A stretch of 59,493 bases of DNA from a bacterium (GTDB lineage Bacteria; Patescibacteriota; Patescibacteriia; Patescibacteriales; UBA12465). The stretch's first letter is position 1; every line of letters starts with the position of its first letter. Shown here piece after piece: positions 50,509-59,493 of this stretch. The notes under the pieces were generated by a model. It worked only from the letters and a program-made list of their open reading frames with translations, had not been told where the DNA came from and made no database searches. The DNA lies in contig JAUYNJ010000006.1 of assembly GCA_030696105.1 (NCBI GenBank), forward strand, positions 1 through 59,493. The letters are read 5' to 3'. Both the position numbers and the translations under genes were made by a program.

Positions 50509-51689
50509 TCAAACAAAGTCAGCATAAACATTACTACAAATATTGAAACTAGTCGGCGTTGCCGGCTTTTTTGATAAGCAAAAGCCCACAAGGCACTTAA
50601 ACCGAAAACAAAGAAGATGCCGCCCTCGGCGGCCGCGAGCAACCAATAGTTATGAGCTGGTTGAAAGTGCCAAGCCTCAAGTCCCGGCATGCGCCGACTG
50701 TCAGCGATAGTTGAAGCGCCAAGTCCCGTGCCCAGTATTGGGTAATCCAGAAAATTATCCAAGCCTCTCTGATTGAGTTCACCTCTATCCGCTATCGACA
50801 TTTGCTCCAGGCGATTTGACATATCGGAACGAGCAGCAAACAGCGGGAAGTAAAGCGTTAAAACAGCTGTGGTCGTAATGATACCAAGACAAACTATTGT
50901 TACTGTCATCTTCCAGGACGAACGTAGAGCCTTACGATTTTCGTAAATGACAGCAGCTAGCCCAACAAGTAATGCCATAATTGCGGCACGAGAAAAGGAA
51001 ACAAGCACCGCTGGTAAAAAAAGTACGTACAAAAAGGCAAAAAAAATGCGTGCATTTAATTGCTTAGAACGAATATAAAAAATTAAACTCGCTATCGCGC
51101 CCACAGCCATTAATCCCCCAAAGGCATTAGGATGACTGCTGGCACCATAGGCACGCAACCACCGCCAGTCCGCCGTTTCAATAACAGCGGTGCCTAAATC
51201 GGCCGCGCTATGACTGGCAATTCCTAAAATTGAACTTGCAAATGATAACTGCGTTGTAAACTGATAAAAACCAATAAGCGCCTGTAAAGACAGGCTTACT
51301 ATAAACACTAAAGCCAGACCTCTTTTCCAAGAGCTAGGTAAGGCTTGTATAAATACAAAAAAGACCAAACTGAGCACGAGCAGGGACAGGACATAGAACG
51401 ACAATAGCGGATAAGGAGAAAAAAAGGCTGAGGTAGCTCCAGCGATGAGAATAACTAAGACACTATACAACCAGAGACGCGGCATCTCTTTAAACTGACT
51501 AAGCCGAATAAGCCCGGAAGGAATAAGAGTTAAAATTGAAAGTATAATCAAAACGGTGCTGGCGTATATCGAAATCTCCCAGTAATCACTTACGGAGGAA
51601 CACAGGATATGTTTTGTCTGCCAAGGGAGGACTAAGGCGGTAAGTAATAACAAACCGAGACTTAGGCGTACCCAATTTTTCTTATTCAT
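50442..51689 (-). CDS. O-antigen ligase/Wzy_C-family polytopic membrane protein
   Basis: 415 aa with about 10-12 TMs. Periplasmic-type loop with PAHNYWLLAAAEGG (Wzy_C-like). Confidence 0.65.
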   Translation of the reverse strand: MNKKNWVRLSLGLLLLTALVLPWQTKHILCSSVSDYWEISIYASTVLIILSILTLIPSGLIRLSQFKEMPRLWLYSVLVILIAGATSAFFSPYPLLSFYVLSLLVLSLVFFVFIQALPSSWKRGLALVFIVSLSLQALIGFYQFTTQLSFASSILGIASHSAADLGTAVIETADWRWLRAYGASSHPNAFGGLMAVGAIASLIFYIRSKQLNARIFFAFLYVLFLPAVLVSFSRAAIMALLVGLAAVIYENRKALRSSWKMTVTIVCLGIITTTAVLTLYFPLFAARSDMSNRLEQMSIADRGELNQRGLDNFLDYPILGTGLGASTIADSRRMPGLEAWHFQPAHNYWLLAAAEGGIFFVFGLSALWAFAYQKSRQRRLVSIFVVMFMLTLFDHWVLSLPLGSAWTFFLFALIW

Positions 51690-52647
51690 TAAAAAAGCGG
51701 CGCAGACGCTCTTGATAGCGGCGCATTATTTCACAGCGACGATCGATAAGATAAAGCTTTAAAACACCAGGGCGGATAATCACACAAGAATCGACATTAG
51801 CCTTTTCCTTCAAGGCTTCAGGCATAATAATCATCTGTAGACGATGGGCTCCGCGTTCAAGCAAATCAATCCCCTTGCGCCAAAAAACGACGACAATATT
51901 TTCACCCAACCAATAACGTGGGGACTCTCGGTATGATTGATTATTAACTACAAAGGCACCGTTGGGTAAATACTGCTTCAACCATTCATTCTCGCCAATC
52001 AGTTGATGATGATAAGCGCCTCCATCATATAGTGGATGCAGGCCAGCCAGCCAATAATGAAAGTAACCATCATCGGGACCGTCTGCTAAATTACTAAGAT
52101 TCAAGTGAGAAGCATCAATGTAAAAACTCAAACAAATTTTATCTCTTTTTTCGGTATCAGTCGGACGCTGACCAAGAACCTTCATTAAGCCCGCACAGAA
52201 AAGTCTGGTAATCCAAATGCGGTTTGGCTTGGCAACAATAAATAAATCGATATCACTGCCATCCCTTAAGTTATGTCTGCCAATTAAATTACTTAAGGCG
52301 ACAAATTTTATAGTGGGCAATAATTTGAATAAGCGAACGGCTCGTCGCGCAATTTTGAGCTTGCGGTTGGTGTAATGGTATCGTTGCTTACGGACACCGA
52401 GCAAACGTTCTTGTCCCGGTAGATAATAAAAACCTTGTGTGGCAACGAGAAAGCCCATTTTAACGAGTTCGCGCACCTCCTTGTCTGACTCTGCGAATTC
52501 AGCGGCTAACCCCAGGTAACGCCACACTTCATAGGAGGTCAGCGGATAAGAAAACATATCAAAAAAGATGACAGTTTTTATAATCGCTGTTTGCAACTCG
52601 TTAAGTTTATGAACATCTCTTTCGACCATATTATTTTGGCGACTCAA
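51682..52647 (-). CDS. Hypothetical protein, possibly nucleotidyltransferase fold
   Basis: GRHNLRDGSDIDLFIV resembles the GS-x(n)-DxD minimal nucleotidyltransferase motif. Otherwise unassigned. Confidence 0.45.
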   Translation of the reverse strand: MSRQNNMVERDVHKLNELQTAIIKTVIFFDMFSYPLTSYEVWRYLGLAAEFAESDKEVRELVKMGFLVATQGFYYLPGQERLLGVRKQRYHYTNRKLKIARRAVRLFKLLPTIKFVALSNLIGRHNLRDGSDIDLFIVAKPNRIWITRLFCAGLMKVLGQRPTDTEKRDKICLSFYIDASHLNLSNLADGPDDGYFHYWLAGLHPLYDGGAYHHQLIGENEWLKQYLPNGAFVVNNQSYRESPRYWLGENIVVVFWRKGIDLLERGAHRLQMIIMPEALKEKANVDSCVIIRPGVLKLYLIDRRCEIMRRYQERLRRFFNE

Positions 52648-53752
52648 TTTTCATTGGCTCGATTTGACTGGTGCCGCCGGTGATTTTAATAACGTCTTTA
52701 TCAATTTTTTTAAACTCATGATAAGCGTTATTATAATGATTTACCGATGTAGAAAGGCTGGTGCCAAGTTTTCGTAAAAACTCATCATAACTTAACATGT
52801 GCTTTCCTAGTTTTTCGATATTAGCCTTAATCTCAACCGCCTGTTCTTCTATTTGCATCGCCTTAAGACCTTGCAGTACGGTCTGCAAATAAGCGAGAAA
52901 AGAGGTAGGCGAAACAATAATAACTTTACGATCACGGAAAGCGTACTCAATTAAATCGCGAGTATTGACTTTAACTGACCCCACTGAATTAACGAGCAAG
53001 TCATAGTAAATTGCCTCCGACGGAATAAACATGAAGGCAAATTCAAGTGTGCCCTTCTCGGGCATGACGTACTTGGATGTTTCATCAATGCGATTTTTCA
53101 AATCTTGTTTAAACAATACTTCGATTTTTTTACGCGCCTCCGGATCAGTCGTATTCAACAGACGTTCATAATTTTCCAGAGAAAACTTCGCGTCTATCGG
53201 AATTATTTTATCCTTTACAAAAACAACAGCATCTACAATTAACTCCTTCCCGGTCTTTTCATTCTTACCGAGCGAGTACTGCAATGCATATGATTTCGGT
53301 GGTAAGACATTTTTGAGAGTTTCTTCGAGATAATATTCACCCAGCACACCGCGCTGCTTCGGATTCTTCAAAATATCTTGCAGGCTCTGTAATTGCGATG
53401 AAAAATTAACGACCTGCTTATTAGTTTCATCGAGCTTCGCCAGTTTTTCCGTGACTTCGGCGATTAACTTCGCCGACTGACCAGTGATATTTTGAATAAT
53501 GCGAGTCGTCTGTTCAAACTGACCCTGAGATGCGCGGTGAGTTTCACTTAATTTCAAATCTAGCTCTTTTCGTAAATCAGTATTTTGCACGGCGAGCTGC
53601 GAAAGTTTCTCCGACTGCTGCGCCATACGTTCTAGCATTGCGAGCGACTGCGTGTCATCAGCCGGCGCTTTCTTTTTCATTAATAAGAAAATAATTACAC
53701 CTAATCCGCCGAGCAGAAGGATAGCGAGGACAACAAATGAAGATTCAGACAT
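52631..53752 (-). CDS. rmuC: DNA recombination protein RmuC
   Basis: N-terminal TM, a long coiled coil, and a C-terminal nuclease-like region (IPIDAKFSLENY...MFIPSEAIY). Typical RmuC architecture. Confidence 0.75.
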   Translation of the reverse strand: MSESSFVVLAILLLGGLGVIIFLLMKKKAPADDTQSLAMLERMAQQSEKLSQLAVQNTDLRKELDLKLSETHRASQGQFEQTTRIIQNITGQSAKLIAEVTEKLAKLDETNKQVVNFSSQLQSLQDILKNPKQRGVLGEYYLEETLKNVLPPKSYALQYSLGKNEKTGKELIVDAVVFVKDKIIPIDAKFSLENYERLLNTTDPEARKKIEVLFKQDLKNRIDETSKYVMPEKGTLEFAFMFIPSEAIYYDLLVNSVGSVKVNTRDLIEYAFRDRKVIIVSPTSFLAYLQTVLQGLKAMQIEEQAVEIKANIEKLGKHMLSYDEFLRKLGTSLSTSVNHYNNAYHEFKKIDKDVIKITGGTSQIEPMKIESPK

Positions 53753-53834
53753 ATTTGATAGTTTATTTGAGTAATATATATAATTATTATAGCTTGTTTT
53801 GTGATTCTTTGGCAGTCTACGTGTTATTTGGGCT

Positions 53835-53859
53835 AAAAAACCGCCATTTGGCGGTTTTT
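53835..53859 (-). terminator. Terminator after gyrA
   Basis: Minus strand reads AAAAACCGCC-AAAT-GGCGGTTTTTT. Confidence 0.65.
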
Positions 53860-53882
53860 ATATAAATTAGCTGAATTTGTTC

Positions 53883-56399
53883 TTAAACCCAGGTGACGCT
53901 AGAAACATGGTCCTCGGCGTCTTTGAAACGCATAACGCGTACGCCTTGCGTGTCTCTACCTAAGACACTAACCTCCTTGAAGGGAGTTCTAATCACCTGT
54001 CCGTAGTCGGAAATAACGATTAAGTCGCGATCATCCATGGTATCAGCGTTAACTAAGAAGGCATTACTAATATCACCAGTCTTGTCAGTAACCTTAGCAG
54101 TTTTAATACCGCTGCCGCCACGTCCTTGTACTTTATATACAGATAAATCGGTACGCTTACCGTAACCCTTGGTCATGATAGTAAGAATCTGATAGTTGCG
54201 CTTCTTGTCTTTCTCAATTTTAGCGACGCCCATGCCTACCACCGCATCATCCTTATGTAAACGAATACCATGCACACCAGAGGCGTTACGCCCCATATCG
54301 CGCACGTCGGTTTCCTTAAAGCGAATAGCCTGACCCTTCGCGGTAATAAGTTGAATATGATCAGTACCAGATGTCGGCTTTGCCCAAATCAGACGGTCAT
54401 CTTCTCTAATTTTAATGGCAATGAGACCGCTGCGTCGAACGTTACTGAAAGCGGATAGTTCGACTTTTTTAACAATACCCTTTTCGGTAGCAAAGAATAA
54501 ATATTTACTACCAAATATCTTATCAAGTGGTAAAACAGATGTTACCTGCTCTCCGCCTGTTAGTTGTAAGAAGTTTACAATTGAATTGCCCTTCGCTGTA
54601 CGTGAAGCTTGAGGAATTTCATGAACCTTCAGCTGGAAGGTGCGACCACGAGTAGTGAAGAATAGAATATCGCTGTGTGTGAAAGTCGTAAACATGAACT
54701 GCACAGTGTCTTCTTCCTTGGTGGTTAAACCAATAACACCTTTGCCGCCGCGAGCTTGCACTTTGAAAGTATCCGGCTCGAGACGCTTAATGTAGCCGTC
54801 ACGCGTCATCATCACCATCGTCTCTTCATTCGGCACTAAGTCCTCAAGACTAAATTCTTTAATACCGTGAGCTACGACATCGGTACGACGAGGATTATCA
54901 AATTTTTCAGCAATGCCAGTAATTTCATCCTTAATAATTGCCCGAATTTTACTCGCAGATTTTAAGATTGCTTCCAATTCTTTAATTAATTTCTGTTTTT
55001 CTTCCCACTCTTGTTGTACTCTGAGGCTTTCAAGGTTGGCTAAGTTCTGCAATCTCATTTCTAAGATCGCGGTTGCTTGACGTTCAGAGAGTTTAAACTT
55101 TTTAATTAAATTCGCCTTCGCAACTTCCTTATCTTTAGAAGCTTTAATCGTCTTAATAACTTCATCAATATTCTTTAAGGCAATAAGCAGTCCTTCTAAA
55201 ATATGTGAGCGGTCTTTCGCCTTATTTAATTCAAATTGTGTGCGACGACGCACAACCACTTCACGATGCTTAATGAATTCCTCAAGAATCATTTTTAAAG
55301 TCATCACCTTCGGCTGAATGCCGTTTTCAAGCGCCAACATGTTCACATGAAAAGTGGTTTGCAGTGAGGTGTGCTTATATAAAGCATTGAGAATTTTCTT
55401 TGGATAAGAGTCTTTCTTTAGCTCTGCAACGATGCGCACGCCATCCTTATCAGACTCATCGCGCAAGGCTTTAATACCATCAAGCTTTTTTTCCTTCACT
55501 AGATCGGCAATTTTTTCGACTAGATCAGCCTTATTTACTTGATATGGAATTTCACTAACGACAATCTGAAATGTTCCGCCTTTCTGTTCTTCAATTTCTG
55601 CTTTGCCGCGCAAAACGATACCGCCCTTGCCGGTTGCATAAGCAGTTAATATATCTTTTTGATTGTAAATAATACCGCCAGTTGGAAAATCGGGCCCTTT
55701 AACAAACTGCATTAAATCTTCAATGCTGGCTTCTGGATTTTCAAGTAAATGAGTAATGGCGAGTACTAATTCACCGAGATTATGAGGCGGAATATTTGTC
55801 GACATACCAACCGCAATACCCATCGTGCCATTTAATAACAAGTTTGGTAATTTTGCTGGTAAGACGCGCGGTTCTTGATGAGAGCCGTCATAGTTTGGAA
55901 TAAAATCAACGGTGTCTTTCTCAATATCAAACAACATTTCTTCAGCAATGCCAGCAAGCTTTGCCTCGGTATAACGCATCGCTGCTGCACTGTCTCCATC
56001 CATTGAACCAAAGTTTCCCTGACCGCGAACAAGGGGGTAGCGCATGGAGAAATCCTGAGCCAAACGGACCATTGATTCATAAACAGCGCTATCACCATGC
56101 GGATGATACTTACCTAAAACTTCACCGACGACCGTCGCTGATTTACGGAATTTTGCATTAGCTCTTAAGCCAATACTCCACATCGCATACAAAATGCGGC
56201 GGTGCACCGGCTTCATGCCGTCACGCACATCAGGCAAGGCGCGCGAAACAATGACGCTCATCGCGTATTCTAAATACGAGCGGCTCATTTCTTCAACTAA
56301 TGGTTGGTCCTGCACAATGCCGAAGGCCGTGTGCCGCTGATCACTAGTTAATGCTTCCTTGCTATTTGCCAGGTCTTTCGGTTCTTTGTCTTTTTTCAT
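53883..56399 (-). CDS. gyrA: DNA gyrase subunit A
   Basis: [20 protein letters not shown], active-site [10 protein letters not shown], and the C-terminal beta-pinwheel repeats. I prefer the ATG at 56399 over the track's GTG at 56429. Confidence 0.92.
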   Translation of the reverse strand: MKKDKEPKDLANSKEALTSDQRHTAFGIVQDQPLVEEMSRSYLEYAMSVIVSRALPDVRDGMKPVHRRILYAMWSIGLRANAKFRKSATVVGEVLGKYHPHGDSAVYESMVRLAQDFSMRYPLVRGQGNFGSMDGDSAAAMRYTEAKLAGIAEEMLFDIEKDTVDFIPNYDGSHQEPRVLPAKLPNLLLNGTMGIAVGMSTNIPPHNLGELVLAITHLLENPEASIEDLMQFVKGPDFPTGGIIYNQKDILTAYATGKGGIVLRGKAEIEEQKGGTFQIVVSEIPYQVNKADLVEKIADLVKEKKLDGIKALRDESDKDGVRIVAELKKDSYPKKILNALYKHTSLQTTFHVNMLALENGIQPKVMTLKMILEEFIKHREVVVRRRTQFELNKAKDRSHILEGLLIALKNIDEVIKTIKASKDKEVAKANLIKKFKLSERQATAILEMRLQNLANLESLRVQQEWEEKQKLIKELEAILKSASKIRAIIKDEITGIAEKFDNPRRTDVVAHGIKEFSLEDLVPNEETMVMMTRDGYIKRLEPDTFKVQARGGKGVIGLTTKEEDTVQFMFTTFTHSDILFFTTRGRTFQLKVHEIPQASRTAKGNSIVNFLQLTGGEQVTSVLPLDKIFGSKYLFFATEKGIVKKVELSAFSNVRRSGLIAIKIREDDRLIWAKPTSGTDHIQLITAKGQAIRFKETDVRDMGRNASGVHGIRLHKDDAVVGMGVAKIEKDKKRNYQILTIMTKGYGKRTDLSVYKVQGRGGSGIKTAKVTDKTGDISNAFLVNADTMDDRDLIVISDYGQVIRTPFKEVSVLGRDTQGVRVMRFKDAEDHVSSVTWV

Positions 56400-56400
56400 A

Positions 56401-56937
56401 TCAATAAGCGATTTGTGTATAATTCTCACATCCCGGCGGAATTAAGCAGGGGCGAGCTTCACCAATAGTCGGCATACAATTTATATATTCAGGACAACTT
56501 GTTTTGGGAATAACAACTTCAGGGGCAATTACTGGGGTCGTGGAAGCATTCAAGCGCTTTTCTAGTTCATTTAGAATGTCTTCGGTTGATGTCGCCGCCG
56601 AAATATCTTCTGTATCAACTGCTGGCTTCATATTTTCAACACCATTCTTTAAATCCTCAATAAACTCTCGGCCCTTTTCAGTTACTTCTGTGGAGCTTGC
56701 AGTCTCATCAGTGGTAGCAGTTTCAAGGCTTTGCCGAATTGTGCTAATTGTTTCACTAAACTCCGCCTGCCAGGCATTTGCATCCGCGCTTGATGCCGGC
56801 GAAATATTTTTCCCAACAGAAAAACGAAGACTAACAAGCCAGATGACGAGTAAAATAATAGAAAATGACCAGACACCAATTTTAAGTATTTTCAGCTTTC
56901 TGGCCTCCTCTTGATTTTGCCCCTCCTGATTGGACAT
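56401..56937 (-). CDS. Hypothetical N-terminally anchored protein with a four-Cys C-terminal tail
   Basis: 178 aa with TM segment [18 protein letters not shown], an acidic T/S-rich middle and the C-terminus [23 protein letters not shown]. Confidence 0.5.
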   Translation of the reverse strand: MSNQEGQNQEEARKLKILKIGVWSFSIILLVIWLVSLRFSVGKNISPASSADANAWQAEFSETISTIRQSLETATTDETASSTEVTEKGREFIEDLKNGVENMKPAVDTEDISAATSTEDILNELEKRLNASTTPVIAPEVVIPKTSCPEYINCMPTIGEARPCLIPPGCENYTQIAY

Positions 56938-56945
56938 AATAATTT

Positions 56946-57548
56946 TTATTCTTTAATGCCGTCAAGATTGACGTCATATAAAATTTGCTCACTAACTAAG
57001 CGATACGACATAATTTCTTCAGCTGTTAACCATAAAGCTATTTCTCTTTCCGCTTCACTAACCTCATCAGAACAATGCACGAGATTACGAACAGCTCTTT
57101 CATCACGGTTTGATAATTCGTAGGAATCGAGAGTCAGATCACCACGAATAGTGCCGACGTCAGAAGTTGTCGGTTCAGTTCCGCCAACAATTTTTTTCAC
57201 AACCGCCACGGCCTGATTACCTTCCCAGACCATCATGACTACCGGGCAGCAGCTCATAAATTTAACCAAGGCACGAACAATATCCTTTCCATATTCGATT
57301 GGCTCCCTATCAGCGCTCATGCCCATGTCGATTCGGTTTTTTACTGACAATTCACCTTTTTTCTGAAACCAAGCATCATCTTTATTGTAATGCTTCCAAA
57401 GCCTATCTTCGTCAGCGACCGTGAATTTCATTGCGGTCAATTTCAAACCAGCGGATTCAAAGCGCTTAATTGTCTCGCCAATTAAACCACGCTGTACTGC
57501 GTCCGGTTTTAAGATAACAAAAGTTCTTTCTTTCTTTGGGTGATTCAT
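56946..57548 (-). CDS. ndk: Nucleoside diphosphate kinase (long form with an insertion)
   Basis: ERTFVILKPDAVQRGL, GTIRGD, and the active-site region NLVHCSD (usually HGSD). 200 aa, versus roughly 140-150 aa as I recall for typical bacterial Ndk. Confidence 0.75.
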   Translation of the reverse strand: MNHPKKERTFVILKPDAVQRGLIGETIKRFESAGLKLTAMKFTVADEDRLWKHYNKDDAWFQKKGELSVKNRIDMGMSADREPIEYGKDIVRALVKFMSCCPVVMMVWEGNQAVAVVKKIVGGTEPTTSDVGTIRGDLTLDSYELSNRDERAVRNLVHCSDEVSEAEREIALWLTAEEIMSYRLVSEQILYDVNLDGIKE

Positions 57549-57569
57549 AAATAAATATATTCAAAATTT

Positions 57570-57627
57570 CAAAACTCAAGATTCAAACGAGGCCACGCAA
57601 CGCTTTAATTTTGAATTTTTAGTTTTG
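57570..57627. repeat. 18-bp imperfect inverted repeat (16/18) with a 22-nt spacer between the MBL-fold gene and ndk
   Basis: CAAAACTCAAGATTCAAA (57570-57587) versus the reverse complement of TTTGAATTTTTAGTTTTG (57610-57627). Confidence 0.6.
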
Positions 57628-57632
57628 ATTGT

Positions 57633-58280
57633 TTAGTATTTCAAAATTACGAGCTCCATATCTTCGCTCGGCAAATCTTTCTTGCTAATTTTTAGCTTCT
57701 CTTCATAAGTCGGTGTGAGCCCCATCTCTTTAACAAATTTTTCCACACCATCAATATCGTCCATCTTCAAATCATCAGTCTTATAATGCATTGGAATAAC
57801 GATGCGCGGTTCAATTTGCGCAATCGTCTCTACCGCCTTCTTCGCATCAAGGGTATATTTACCACCAACAGGAATGAGTAAAATATCAGTTCCAGCCAAC
57901 TTCTCCAGCTGCGCACTATCAAGCACTTGACCTAGGTCCCCAAGATGAACAATTGAGATATCGTCGATGACAAAGCGGTAAATCGTATTATGTCCACGTT
58001 CGCTGCCGTTTGTTTCATCGTGATATGAATCAACCCCTTCAATCAAGACATTTTTCACGTCATACTCACCAGGACAGTCGATAACAAAAGGATTGCCACG
58101 CAGGGCATCAATATTATTGTGGTCCTCATGATCATGTGAAACAGTCACGATGTCTGCCTCAAAGCTAGGCACTTTTAAGCCATACTTCTTACCAAAGGGG
58201 TCAGCAACAACCGTAATACCATCAGGACCAATCTTATCCTGCATCTTAAAACAGGAATGTCCGAGCCAGGTTAGAATCAT
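57633..58280 (-). CDS. Metallo-beta-lactamase-fold hydrolase (UPF0173-like)
   Basis: MILTWLGHSCF..., the HDHEDH motif (HxHxDH), HLGDLG and IPMHY. I prefer the ATG at 58280, because the track's upstream extension has no homology-like features and covers a promoter. Confidence 0.8.
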   Translation of the reverse strand: MILTWLGHSCFKMQDKIGPDGITVVADPFGKKYGLKVPSFEADIVTVSHDHEDHNNIDALRGNPFVIDCPGEYDVKNVLIEGVDSYHDETNGSERGHNTIYRFVIDDISIVHLGDLGQVLDSAQLEKLAGTDILLIPVGGKYTLDAKKAVETIAQIEPRIVIPMHYKTDDLKMDDIDGVEKFVKEMGLTPTYEEKLKISKKDLPSEDMELVILKY

Positions 58281-58377
58281 ATCAGTTAAGCTCAATTTTT
58301 GAGCTGATATTAAATAAAAAAATTGAGTAATTTCGAGGCTATATTGCAATAAAAATAGGTCCTCCAACCTTTTTTTT

Positions 58378-58406
58378 ATTATATCAAAGCGAAGGCAGAC
58401 GGTCAA
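58378..58406 (-). promoter_or_regulatory. Consensus promoter of the MBL-fold gene, 6 nt from the IS end
   Basis: Minus strand reads TTGACC (58406..58401), N17, TATAAT (58383..58378). Confidence 0.55.
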
Positions 58407-58412
58407 TTTAAG

Positions 58413-58441
58413 TGGTTTAATACCCAAAAATAGTTGGTGAA
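58413..58441. repeat. IS terminal inverted repeat (transposase-distal end)
   Basis: See the mobile element entry. A perfect 28-29-bp match with 59464-59492. Confidence 0.85.
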
Positions 58442-59380
58442 TTAATCGTTATACTTGAACCAATTATACCAGAGCAAGAAGGATTTTCTATGCTCTTTAG
58501 ACAACCCTCGATGAACTCGGAGGTTGTTTTTTAAGTAAGAAAATCGACATTCTAGACCATTGGTTGATTTTGGTATTTTTGGATCATCTAGATAATGGAA
58601 TAAGTGAGGTAAAGTATTATTAATTAATGTTCGCACCTGCCTAACTCCGTGGTGTTTATATAATCTTTTGTCTGAGAAAAAATCAGTTCTTTCTTTTAAT
58701 AAATCATGATACTTAGCTTCCCAATTTCTATATCGATTAATCCATTCCACGCGTCCTCCCTGACTGGATACTTTGTGTAAATCTAAAACTATTGTTTTTA
58801 GCTCTTTTCCAACTGGTTGTTTAGGATTTCTTGTTAAATATGCCAGTCCCATTCTCTGAACATGAATTACGCAGCGTTGATGCACTATCCCCGGAAAAAC
58901 CTCATTTATAGCCATAATGAGGCCTCTATCGCCATCTGAGGTGATGCTTACTATGTTTAATCCAGCTACCTTTAGCAGCTCCAGCCCAAGTTTATAATCT
59001 AAATAGTTTTCGCTCTTCACTATCTCAAAATACTGGAGATGTTTTAGATTGTTATCGAAATAATTAAGCAAACAGATATCGCCAAAATATGTCCCATCAA
59101 TCATTAAATGACAATTGTCATTCGGCTGAATCTGCGGCGTTGGCGGATGATCTAAAAAGTTATCAAATAACCGATGAATTGTGTTAACTGAACATTTTTT
59201 TTGTTTAGCTATATCCTCGATTGTCATTCGTTTCATGACCCATTTTCTAAACCAGATTTTTTGTCTATCTAGTGACTTGCCTTTATTTTTCCAGACATAT
59301 AATTGATGGCATCGTTGGCATCTATACCGTTGTCTTGCACATTGAAATCCCCATTTAATTATTCTTTTACTCCCGCACAA
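58442..59380 (-). CDS. DDE-type transposase with an N-terminal zinc finger; family tentative (IS1-like finger, IS256/ISL3-like catalytic motifs)
   Basis: C(ILC)GSKRIIKWGFQCARQRYRCQRC resembles the IS1 InsA finger. DGTYF, SDGDRGL, HQRCVIHVQR and STNGLECRFSYLKNNLRVHRG are DDE-transposase-like. The track start is a TTG. An ATG at 59400-59402 is out of frame by one base across an A8 run. Confidence 0.75.
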   Translation of the reverse strand: MCGSKRIIKWGFQCARQRYRCQRCHQLYVWKNKGKSLDRQKIWFRKWVMKRMTIEDIAKQKKCSVNTIHRLFDNFLDHPPTPQIQPNDNCHLMIDGTYFGDICLLNYFDNNLKHLQYFEIVKSENYLDYKLGLELLKVAGLNIVSITSDGDRGLIMAINEVFPGIVHQRCVIHVQRMGLAYLTRNPKQPVGKELKTIVLDLHKVSSQGGRVEWINRYRNWEAKYHDLLKERTDFFSDKRLYKHHGVRQVRTLINNTLPHLFHYLDDPKIPKSTNGLECRFSYLKNNLRVHRGLSKEHRKSFLLWYNWFKYND

Positions 59381-59463
59381 AATACAGCGTTTTTTTTACC
59401 ATACTATTAACTGTTTTATATTTGTTTTGTATTCTGATTTAATATTACTACAAATACGGCATT

Positions 59464-59492
59464 TTCACCAACTATTTTTGGGTATTAAACCA
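59464..59492. repeat. IS terminal inverted repeat (transposase-proximal end)
   Basis: Reverse complement of 58413-58441. Confidence 0.85.
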
Positions 59493-59493
59493 T

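Larger units (their letters stand above)
58413..59492 (-). mobile_element. Complete insertion sequence (about 1080 bp) with 28-29-bp terminal inverted repeats and one transposase gene
   Basis: GGTTTAATACCCAAAAATAGTTGGTGA (58414-58440) is the exact reverse complement of 59465-59491. The match extends one base further on each side. The element has lower GC than its flanks. Confidence 0.85.

Noticed and set aside
1-59493. CRISPR arrays, cas genes, restriction-modification, toxin-antitoxin or other known defence systems.
   Set aside because: I found no regularly spaced direct repeats and no ORF with recognisable Cas, methyltransferase, restriction or TA motifs. The Cas4-like domain is fused to a UvrD helicase and stands alone.
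1-59493. Alternative genetic code, with UGA read as an amino acid as in some candidate phyla.
   Set aside because: Conserved proteins are full length under the standard code, and TGA is used as a genuine stop, for example at the pilD stop (17977-17979). The one in-frame stop noted is TAA, not TGA.

Overview
This 59.5-kb window looks like a streamlined, probably anaerobic genome. My inference is Candidate Phyla Radiation / Patescibacteria-like. The grounds are small housekeeping operons, only class III RNR in view, a prepilin peptidase, giant cysteine-rich surface proteins and little visible biosynthesis. The standard genetic code applies, because TGA is used as a stop. About 50 genes are present, and all but four protein genes (clpP, rel, radC and a 99-aa ORF) and two tRNAs lie on the minus strand.

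Housekeeping content:
- A murein enzyme (RlpA-like domain fused to a DD-carboxypeptidase) followed by ftsE and ftsX.
- Three tRNAs: Gln-UUG, Gly-CCC and Thr-CGU.
- An FtsB-like protein and a processive GT2 synthase.
- The operon nrdR-nrdD-(small ORF)-nrdG.
- ftsA-ftsZ; a prepilin peptidase with a Wzy_C/TPR protein; secD-secF; clpP; and a short Rel.
- lepB-hisS-rpsU, queA, ruvB and a sanA-like gene.
- A UvrD helicase fused to a Cas4-type nuclease, an M16 peptidase, radC, rmuC, gyrA, ndk and an MBL-fold hydrolase.

Accessory or unusual content:
1. A 13.7-kb co-directional surface cluster spans 24765-38518. It encodes proteins of 881, 1949 and 971 aa plus four small anchored proteins. The two largest share a VirB2/TrbC-like two-helix N-terminal module. 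All three giants are very cysteine-rich.
2. The class III RNR appears split. Its glycyl-radical motif lies in a separate 48-codon ORF (11461-11607) that is absent from the ORF track.
3. A soluble VirD4/TraD-like ATPase carries a Pro/Thr linker and a CxxC-x17-CxxC zinc ribbon. It sits next to a DEDDh exonuclease.
4. An AT-rich island (1 to about 2118) lies beside tRNA-Gln. It holds duplicated consensus promoter cassettes and a gene broken by an in-frame TAA.
5. A complete roughly 1.08-kb IS with 28-29-bp inverted repeats sits at the right edge. An A8 tract separates its ATG from the first cysteine of the transposase zinc finger.

No CRISPR array, rRNA, prophage or recognisable defence system was seen. 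All family assignments come from motif reading by eye, not from database searches.
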